Below are positions 22,601 through 29,279 of a stretch of 29,279 bases of DNA, piece after piece; position 1 is the stretch's first letter; the number at the start of each line of letters is the position of its first letter. The notes beneath the pieces were generated by a model. That model saw only the letters and a program-made list of their open reading frames with translations. It searched no databases and was not told the DNA's origin. The DNA comes from Macrostomum lignano (taxonomy: Eukaryota). The stretch spans positions 1 through 29,279 of the forward strand of contig NIVC01004990.1 of the NCBI GenBank assembly GCA_002269645.1, written 5' to 3'. The position numbers were made by a program, and so were the translations under genes.

Positions 22601-25600
22601 ATCATTTTTGACGTCTATTATGATTGTTTTGGGCGTCTATTATGATCGCTTTTGACGTCTATTGTGATCGTTTTTGGCGTCTATTGTGATGTTTTTGGCG
22701 TCTATTGTGATCATTTTTGGCGTCTATTATGATCATTTAAGGCATCAATCATGATAATTGATCAATTTTAATTATGATCAATTTTGGCACATTGCATGAT
22801 TGGTGGTAATCTAAAATACTGAAGAGATGGAAAAATCAGTATTCAACATCAAATTCTTTATTAGACAAAATTTGAATGACCTTCTGGCATCGCTACTAGC
22901 TAGTGGTCAGTCGATCTGGCAACAAGGACCATGTGTCAAAGCAGGAGTGCCAGCTTACATGCGTCAGGTTGTTCTCGCTGAGATCCAGATCAACTAGACA
23001 GGGCAGGCCGCCGGCGGAGTCGAATGCGCCGATGTGATTGCTGCCGAGGTTCAGCCAGATGATGGATGGCAGCAGCTGCAGGGCTGAGGCTGGCGCTTCG
23101 GTCAGCTGATTTCTGCCGGCGTTTAGGCGCAGCAGGCGCGGCAAAAGTACGCCGAAATCTGTTGGGCAGAAGCGGATATTGTTATTGATAAGGGTACACT
23201 TTTGCTAGATGTACTTTTGCTAGAAGTACTTTTGTTTGGCGAACTTTTAGTTGTACTTTAGTCTAATGATGAAGTTGTTATATTTACTTTTTTAAGCTGC
23301 ATGTTAGAACAATCACTCTACGAGTGTACTATAATTGCTTAAAAAAAATTTACTTAGAAAATTTTATTTAAAAGTAACTTTTTAATGAGTACTTTATTAA
23401 TGTACTTTTACAGGATGCACTTTCTAATGCGCACTTTCTAATCACTTCCAGCTCGGAAAACGTAGAGTCATACATAATAAAAGTACAAATGACTCACTCA
23501 ACCGCGTCAGTCTATTGCCGCTGACGTCAAGGTGTGTCAACCGTTTGGTCGTCTCCAGACCGTGCAGCGATGCGACCCGGTTGTTTGAAGCGTCCAGATA
23601 AAACAGCTGCTCCAGCCGGTGACGTCCACGTGCAGCAGCGAGTTCTCTGGAGGGTTTTTTATAATCGGGTTAATTCGTTGGTTTATCTTCCTGGGATGTT
23701 TAGTTTGCCTCGGAGGCAAATGGTTGTTTTGAGAGCGCTGTTTTAATGGCGCTGTTATGGTGGCGCCGCTATGGTTGGCGCTGTTGTAGTGGCGCTGTCA
23801 TGGAGACCAATAGTCTACTGCAGCTCCCAGAAGCAGAGGACAGCAAAATCGACTCACCGAAACGTCGAGCAGCTGCAGCTGCGGGCAGCAAGCCGCCAGC
23901 TCCGGCAGGTGGGGCAGCCCGCAGCCGGTCAGCCGGAGGGCGCGCAGGGCGACGCACCGGCCGAGGAAGTCGGTGACGATGCCGACTGGCGGAGGCGGCG
24001 ACGGCGACACTAAACTGAGGGCGGCGGCTTCGCCGGGCTTGGTGACCTCCGCTGTGCCGTCTGCGTCGACAGCGACGGCGAGAAGTCGAGTTCGCGCCGC
24101 CGACGCCTCCTCGGGCGACAGCGAAGCCATCGCGTCCGCCGCCGCCCGCTGTTGCCGACGTGGCCGACGCTTCGGACTCGGCGCTGATGCGGCCGCGGCG
24201 GCGGCGGAAGCGACAGCCGCGTAGGTTGGCTGCGACTTGAGCCACGACAGGCGGGCGATGAACAAATCCTGCCCCAGGTCGCTCATGTGGTCGTGGTTCG
24301 TTCGCGAGCCGGCGCAGAGTGAATGTGGCGGCGCGGGTTCAGCATTCGGCTTGTTGAGCTCGGCTCTGGAGATGGCTGCTTGGAGTCTGAGTTGGCTGAT
24401 TGAACACCAGACTTGGCTGTTTGCTCAGATGACTGCTCACTTGGGGTCTTTACTGCGTCTGAGTCGACTTTGTTAGATGCAGGCAGAGGATTTACTGGGG
24501 TGTCTGGTCGGACAGAATCTGCTTCTGATTGTCTGGGGGTCGCCTTTGGTGCTGGCGATTTGGACTCTTCGATTTCCGTTGCTGAAGCATCCGGAGATTC
24601 GAGAGCTGGTTGTTGCGAAGGGGTTTCGAGTTTTGAAGGCCTGACGGACTTTGGTGAGTACGGTGGCGCAGTGGACTCTGGAACTGCAGCGACAGTCTCT
24701 CCTGTTGATGCCGCTGTCGCTAATTCTTTGTTACAAGAAGTTGAATCCTTAGTTGCTTTCTCAATCGAAGCTTTACCAACAGCTTCTATTGCTGAGTCTT
24801 TGTTGCTGGTAGATGGAGAATCTTTGTTTTCTACCGCAATAGATTGTTTGGCATTGTGAAGTGAATCTTTTAAGTCAGTCTTGTTCTCATTAGCAGCATC
24901 TGTTGAGTCAAATGTTTCCAACACTTTTTTATCCACCTGTGCTGAGTCTTTGTTCTCATCTTTTCAGGAGAGTCTTTGCTTTCTACCGTCGCCAAGTCTT
25001 TACTCTCAATCGAAGCGGGATCTTTTTGGTCCACTGTTTCTGAGTTGTTCTCCACCGCTTTCGAGTCTTTGTTCTCTTCTTCTTTCAAGTCTTTGTTCTC
25101 TTCTTCTTCTGACTCTTTTTTCTCTAATTCTTCCGAGTCTTTGTTCTCTACCGCTTCTGTCTCTTTGCTCGCTACTTCTTCTGACTCTTTGTTCGCTACT
25201 TCTTCTGACTCTTTGTTCGCTACTTCTTCAGAATCTTTGTTCTCAACCGTTCTGGAGTCTTTCTTTCCTATCTGTATCGATTCTTCGTTATGCACAGACG
25301 TCGCGTCTTTTCTCTCTACAGACGACGAATCTTTGTTTTCCACTGTCGCTTTACCGTTGTTTTCAACTGGCGCCGAGTCTTCGTTGTTATCAGATAGTGG
25401 CGGCGCCTTCCGCGACGTTGCGCGAGCGCTGGTCGGTCGTTTCTGACCACCAGCTGCCGCATCGCCAGCGGTTGCTTTTTCTTTTTCTCCCGTCTTCTTC
25501 TTCTTCGTAGTGTCAGAGTTTTGGGTCGGCTTCTGCTGCTGCTGCTGGACCTTCTTTGCCGTTGGCTTGACGCTCGACGTATCGCCGATGGGTCCTGGCG

Positions 25601-28596
25601 TGTAGTTGGGATCTCGCACCTCGGTCAGCGGCGGGAATCGCTGATCCGGCAACACGTAGGTGCCGACGCCGCGGCCCGACGGCTTCTTGTCGTCCTCCGC
25701 CACCGTCGCCTCCTCCTCCTCCTCCGGCAGTTCAGCAAGCGGCTGCTGCTGCGGCTGCGGAGCGGCCGAACTGACTCGACTAGAGCTTCTGGAACTGGCG
25801 CGGGAACTGAGGCGGCTTTCGCCCTCCTGCCGGCGCCTGTGATGTTCCAGAGCTTTTAACCGTTCGCGCTCTTTCTCTAGGCGAACCACCTGCAGATAAT
25901 TGGAGCTCTGCGCTCTGATTTCTGTGTACTACTGACTAGGAAGTTTGATAGTAGCAGTGATAAGGTGGTCCTAATGAGTAATGACACTAAACTGACTACT
26001 ATCTATACTGACTACACTATGCTGACACAAAAACTCTCGCACTGACACTAAAATGGTCCTACCAACATAAAAACTGTCATACGACAACTTGTCCCTCTAT
26101 GCGCACTGCACACTGTTCAGCCACACTACAACAAATTCAAGCGTAGCAGGGTGAGCCTCGAAGATGACCGCCTACGGCCCGACTAACCAGGAGAAACTAG
26201 GAGAACCAGCTTGCAGTTGCCAAGCTCCTTGATCAGGATCACCGGATTGGAGTTGCCACAAATACGCACATGTTTCTTCTGGGACTGTCAGGGCTCTGTC
26301 ACAGATATCCAGTACGCTGAACAGTCCAGAAGAGGCGGAGGAAACTGAGTGCCAGCCCCCTGCTGCTTCACAACAACGCTTCATGCAGCTCACACCGCCC
26401 AAGGTTGCGATGAATGCTGCCACCACTGCGGGGTTCGTTCTGCCTGCTCAAGCGACCGTTCTGTGGGCACCATCTTGAGTTCAACGAGGAGGTCATCAGC
26501 CTCGCTAACCAGTGGTTGGAGGACCAATTAGCCGAGTTCTGCACCAGCGGCACCCGGGCGCTGCGGTACCGATGGCAGAGAAGTGCATTCATTGATCGCC
26601 AAGGTGACTATGTTGTGCAACAATGCAACGTTATTCGTTGCTAAGCGATTAATTCGCAACGTTTGATTCTACTACTATACATAATTTACCTTTTCTATAG
26701 CTGAGATTTGGCAACCAACAGAATTGAACACCAGCTATTCAACAACAACAACCAGCCGCAGTTCTCGTCTCCCACCTTCTCATTGAACACTTTCCGTCGA
26801 GCCCGTTCCAACTGTCGTTGAATGTCATCGCCAATCCGATTGCGAATCCGGTAGCCGCGAAATCTGCGCTGAATGGTCAGGGCGGCGGCGTGACGTCGAT
26901 TGGCGATGACGGACTCGCTCAGCTGGCGCAGTTCGTCAGTGCGACAGCGCTCTTCGGCCAGCAGGGCATCGTAGGATTCCAGCTGCTTCTGGCGTGGGGA
27001 GCGGCGGTTGCGGGTTTGATTTTTACATTCAGCAATGCGACAGTCGGCCCGCAGCCAAGAGGAGGCAAGCAGTCTTGCCCACTCCTCTGGCACTTTCCCC
27101 ATGCTGCACTTACCTTCTCCTCTTCCGCAAGCAGCTTCTCAGCTTTATCATCATCGTCGGTCGGTGGGGAGGCTGCTCCGGCAGAGTCGGTTTCTCTTCT
27201 TCCGACCATTTGCGCCTGTGACTGGCCTTGGTCAGGTCGTTGTAGAGACGCCAGCGCTAAAATGTTGCAAATCAGTTTACAAAAAATGTTTTTTTGAAAT
27301 AGTAACTGTTGTAAGTATCCTGTGTACCATTTAGGACATTCCAGTTCCGCAAGGAAACAGTAATTAGATTGCTGGAGGAAAAAATTGTGCAAGGGGAAGC
27401 TCTCACTTTAGCGCGTGAACTTGAGAGAAGGGAATCCCCCATTTACGTGACCTTGGGAGAAGGGAATCCCCCATTTACGTGACCTTGGGAGAAGGGGAAT
27501 CCCCCATTTACATGACCTTGGGAGAGGACACCATTTAGAGGTGACCTTGGGAGTAGGGGAAGACCCCATTTACATGACCTTGGCAGACGAGAAAGCCCTA
27601 ATTCACATGACCTTGGGAGGTATCTGGAGGTTTTAAGAGATTGAGAGTCCAAATTCAATGACCAAAGGAAAACAGTGAAACCAAAACTACATTGATGCTG
27701 TCAAACCTCAGTTTTGAGCTGTATGAGCTCCTCCTCCGTCTCCATCCAGGCCTCGATGATTCGCTTGTCCAAATTGCTCGAGTCCAGCTGGCGCACCGTC
27801 ATGATGGACGACCGGCCGGACCGAAGCCCGTCGTCAACGTTGTCCGTCGATGGCGCCGGAGTGGCATCGGACGGCAGGTCCAGCGGAGGAACGGGCGGCG
27901 CTTCGGTCGACAGCTCGGCTTCGGTTTCTGCTGCCTCCTCGGCCTCCAGCTGATCGAGGAAGCCGGGCGGCAGGCTGGGCTGCGTGGCAGTTGCCGCCGA
28001 GTCCGCGGCAGCCTCGGTGGAGTCCAGCTCGGTCTGCAGTCGGCTGTAGTAGTCGCCGAACTGACTGTCCAGAGCGGTTGTCCAGTCGTCTGCATCCTGG
28101 AGTTTGACAGTTGCAGGAAATTTGCTCGGTTATTTGCAGGGGAGCTTTGAGCACTGTTGCAAGTTAAGGCGCCACTCGACCCGTCAAACCCATTCCGTTG
28201 ATCCCCGAGCACGCATGGGGACCAGTACGGGAGTTGTTTCGCATAGTGTACAGCGGCCCTGACTTTCTCATCGCTAGGCATGTACACTCTCTGTGTCCTG
28301 GGGGCTTGGCCTCAGAATGGCGAATTGCACGAGAAATGCTTTGCACAAACCCCAATTTTATATGAAATCGGAATCCGACCTCGTAAATGAGACCCCAGTA
28401 GTTACTGAGCTCCCTCCCTATATAGAAAACTCATTGGCAATAAATCTTCAGTCCATACCTCAGGAGGTTCAGTGCTCTCTGGATCCGCCTGTACATCGTT
28501 TGACTCCTCGAGACTTTCATTTAAAGATGCATCGTCAATCAGCTGCAGCTGCTGCTCGATTTCTTTTTCGACATCTTCAGAAATTTCCTCGTACAT
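16301..28596 (-). CDS. LRRIQ1: Leucine-rich repeat and IQ domain-containing protein 1 orthologue, 15 exons, ~1760 aa after repair of ~6 indel sites
   Basis: Collinear similarity to human LRRIQ1, from memory rather than a search: EDVEKEIEQQL~KAEIEAEL; IIEAWME~SFEAWQE; IQ1 AAALTIQRRFRGY; ARLSWLKS~RRLAWIKS; LRR block; IQ2 AAVKIQATYRGYLFR; IQ3 AARIQ|ATWRGHQVR; IREDWGFNDDRSAQVMLERAKKMK~ISEEWGFKDISTAQQMLKRAQKMK; RNERTYEWV~RNREYTYQWL; FLPQIN~FLPELD. All introns GT-AG. Confidence 0.88.
16701..17006 (+). mobile_element. tRNA-derived SINE with CORE-like central domain, in LRRIQ1 intron 14, antisense to host
   Basis: Pol III A box TGGCCTAGTGG (16707-16717) and B box GGTTCGATTC (16751-16760). 16780-16841 ctgtgtccctgagcaaaacacttaactct..gcttcagtt..ctataaaatggg resembles the MIR CORE (ctgtgtgaccttgggcaagtcacttaacctct..cctcagtttcctcatctgtaaaatggg). 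Ends in a (TAT)n-like tail; no TSD found. Confidence 0.8.
17020..17215. repeat. Degenerate ~30-45 bp tandem units, each with a TCACGTGA E-box
   Basis: (G/A)TCACGTGA at 17026, 17055, 17094, 17137 and 17175. Confidence 0.75.
17289..17402 (-). CDS. LRRIQ1: LRRIQ1 exon 14 (DPQQRYYLFKKLEA...KIEYFKG), absent from the ORF track
   Basis: ctctcag acceptor, gtaatt donor, 114 nt, phase 1 to 1; resembles human DSTVRLALFK...GYFEG. Confidence 0.8.
17929..18475 (+). repeat. 28-bp minisatellite CCAGCCTCCCAGATCCTCAGTTGCTGGG, ~19 copies, intron 13
   Basis: Read directly; source of spurious ORFs 18006-18623. Confidence 0.95.
18553..18647 (-). CDS. LRRIQ1: LRRIQ1 exon 13 ((W)GFNDDRSAQVMLERAKKMKLNSDKRKRLSKM)
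   Basis: ttttcag acceptor, gtgagt donor, 95 nt, phase 2 to 1. Confidence 0.88.
18738..18873 (-). CDS. LRRIQ1: LRRIQ1 exon 12 (GSLQVVTHRS...KKIDQIRED(W))
   Basis: attgcag acceptor, gtaggc donor, 136 nt, phase 1 to 2; completes the Trp codon with exon 13. Confidence 0.8.
19120..19330 (-). repeat. Inverted copy of the intron-13 28-bp repeat family, in intron 11
   Basis: Reverse complement of 19159-19214 matches 18368-18423 at 55/56 nt. Confidence 0.92.
19484..19606 (-). CDS. LRRIQ1: LRRIQ1 exon 11 (...LPPKDAWINSPT...RLDL); 5' boundary and frame need an indel
   Basis: Strong gtaagc donor, phase 1; PKDAW resembles human PAQAW; the phase with exon 10 does not close without a net +2 or -1 correction. 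Confidence 0.55.
   Translation of the reverse strand, partial: VTIYPAAQPGASDTLLCHQKTRGSTRQPAVAGSRLWADWI
19735..19799 (-). CDS. LRRIQ1: LRRIQ1 exon 10 (MDVDAMFDDIQLPNSP...)
   Basis: tttacctcag acceptor, gtgagt donor, 65 nt. Confidence 0.65.
19885..20058 (-). CDS. LRRIQ1: LRRIQ1 exon 9 (ATWRGHQVRQWIRAAL...DINIEE; second half of IQ3)
   Basis: ttttccgcag acceptor, gtgagc donor, 174 nt, phase 0. Confidence 0.88.
20083..21378. repeat. 14-bp satellite (GG/TC/TA)TGATTAGCCAAA, ~90 copies, filling intron 8
   Basis: Read directly; occupies ~1296 of 1321 intron nt. Confidence 0.97.
21380..22330 (-). CDS. LRRIQ1: LRRIQ1 exon 8 (LRRs, poly-Gly, IQ2, start of IQ3)
   Basis: aaactgcag acceptor, gtttgg donor, 951 nt, phase 0; within ORF 21356..22357. 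Confidence 0.9.
21608..21649. repeat. Coding (CCG/CCA)14 trinucleotide tract encoding poly-Gly
   Basis: Read directly within exon 8. Confidence 0.9.
22397..22790. repeat. ~22-23 bp minisatellite GGCGTCTATTATGATC(A/G)TTTTT, ~16 copies, intron 7
   Basis: Read directly. Confidence 0.92.
22959..23158 (-). CDS. LRRIQ1: LRRIQ1 exon 7 (LRRs: LLRLNAGRNQLT...LDLSENNLTH)
   Basis: cccaacag acceptor, gtaagc donor, 200 nt, phase 1 to 0. Confidence 0.88.
23498..23646 (-). CDS. LRRIQ1: LRRIQ1 exon 6 (ENSLLHVDVTG[L]EQLFYLDASNNRVASLHGLETTKRLTHLDVSGNRLTRL), two 1-nt deletions
   Basis: ctccag acceptor, gtgagt donor; LRR consensus recovered when bases are restored at ~23647 and ~23615. Confidence 0.8.
23858..25889 (-). 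CDS. LRRIQ1: LRRIQ1 exon 5 (charged and low-complexity region, then first LRRs), frameshifts at ~24962 and ~24362
   Basis: tctgcag acceptor, gtgagt donor; joins ORFs 24870..25889, 24283..24936 and 23798..24286; 2032+2 nt = 678 codons. Confidence 0.85.
26053..26630 (+). mobile_element. Degenerate, internally deleted mariner (DD34D family) transposase relic in intron 4
   Basis: Ordered fragments in shifting frames: KFKRSRVSLEDD (26133), VAKLLDQDHRI, FFWDCQG, KRRRKLSASPLLLHNNA, AHTAQ/VAMNAATTAGF, EEVISLANQWLEDQLAEFCTSGTRALRYRWQ..IDRQGDYV. These match mariner motifs FKRGRTSLEDD, LI.EDRRI, VFWD..G, LLHDNAPAH and GI..L..RW.KCI...GDYVE. No TIRs identified. Confidence 0.85.
26776..26988 (-). CDS. 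LRRIQ1: LRRIQ1 exon 4 (IQ1: AAALTIQRRFRGYRIR)
   Basis: cacgccag acceptor, gtggga donor, 213 nt, phase 0. Confidence 0.85.
27114..27256 (-). CDS. LRRIQ1: LRRIQ1 exon 3 (RWRLYNDLTK...KLLAEEEK), one deletion at ~27167
   Basis: cattttag acceptor, gtaagt donor; 143+1 nt = 48 codons. Confidence 0.75.
27419..27625. repeat. ~31-33 bp minisatellite (GGGAATCCCCCATTTAC(G/A)TGACCTTGGGAGAA), ~6 copies, intron 2
   Basis: Read directly. Confidence 0.9.
27707..28096 (-). CDS. LRRIQ1: LRRIQ1 exon 2 (DADDWTTALD...IIEAWMETEEELIQLKTE), absent from the ORF track
   Basis: aactccag acceptor, gtttga donor, 390 nt open, phase 0. Confidence 0.82.
28459..28596 (-). CDS. LRRIQ1: LRRIQ1 exon 1 (MYEEISEDVEKEIEQQLQL...EPPE)
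   Basis: gccATG context, gtatgg donor, 138 nt, phase 0. Confidence 0.78.
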
Positions 28597-29121
28597 GGCG
28601 CGCCTCGTAGTTTAGAAATGAGAGTGCGCCGGATTATTTTACTCAGCTTTGCATCAAAGCAGGAACAAGAAAATCGAACGAACGAATAGAATCTTAGAGT
28701 CCAAATATTTAAAAAGTTAGATTTCGCCAGATTTCATTCCTTTCTCAGAAAATCAGACAAACTGAACAAATGCATATGGTAATTACTAAAAAACGAGGCA
28801 TGTACCGAAAAGCAAAAAATCCAATTTAAAAAAACAACTCAAAACCCGATGTTTACCTGTTTGCTTGACACAAGAATGAACCTTACGCTATTTGACAGTT
28901 CCTATGTGCCTTCGATTCTAAATCTAACTGGTACGAGCTAGCTACACACATTATGAAATTTACAAGCAACGTAAATAAATCACAAAAAAAGGACAGCTAA
29001 AACCTTTATATTCTCGAAATTATTAAAATTACTCATAGGAGAATTCGCCTGATAAATATTTTTCACACAGTTTTATGCAACAAATAGCTTATTTAGTGAG
29101 TTATAATTTAAGCAAAAAATT

Positions 29122-29136
29122 GTTTGTCATAGTAAC
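29122..29136. promoter_or_regulatory. Candidate RFX X-box upstream of LRRIQ1
   Basis: GTTTGTCATAGTAAC; the 14-mer TTTGTCATAGTAAC fits 13/14 of the degenerate consensus RTHNYYWTRRNRAC; ~530 nt upstream of the ATG. Confidence 0.3.
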
Positions 29137-29279
29137 TATATTTTTATATATTATTTTATATTAAATATTATGTCATCACAAAAAGTTTTCAAAAACTTCC
29201 TCCATTAATTCAGTAAATTTGATTTGTAGTAGAGTGCTATTCAATAAGTTTTAAAAACTTTCTGGACCACCGACGATTA

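Noticed and set aside
27430-27505. GGGAATCCCC kappaB-like sites (also GAAATTCCC units at 661-990)
   Set aside because: Multiplicity is explained by tandem amplification; no evidence of NF-kB relevance, and the factor is reportedly absent in flatworms.
21456-28610. Plus-strand ORFs antisense to LRRIQ1 exons
   Set aside because: Shadow ORFs of GC-rich or repetitive exons; the one exception (26414..26644) is the mariner fragment.

Overview
Animal (not prokaryotic) genomic DNA. GC-rich exons sit in AT-rich, minisatellite-laden non-coding sequence. The style suggests a free-living flatworm such as Macrostomum, but that is inference only. There are two protein genes, both on the minus strand. (1) An intronless integrin alpha subunit (5761->2152, ~1204 aa once five single-base deletions are repaired) with a non-canonical NFFHR in place of GFFKR. 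(2) A 15-exon LRRIQ1 orthologue (28596->16301, ~1760 aa; LRRs plus three IQ motifs), reconstructed by hand from splice signals and remembered similarity to human LRRIQ1. About 10.5 kb between them holds four unrelated tandem arrays and no supportable gene. Nearly every long LRRIQ1 intron carries its own minisatellite or TE relic: an internally deleted mariner, a tRNA-derived CORE-like SINE, a 14-bp satellite that appears to supply the intron's own splice signals, and a 55/56-nt inverted repeat bracketing a frame-preserving exon pair. At least ten frameshifts, each repaired by one added base and mostly in homopolymers, point to long-read consensus error rather than pseudogenes. No CRISPR, rRNA or intact tRNA. 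I found no clearly new multi-gene system; the best leads are repeat-driven splicing architectures and the unusual integrin.
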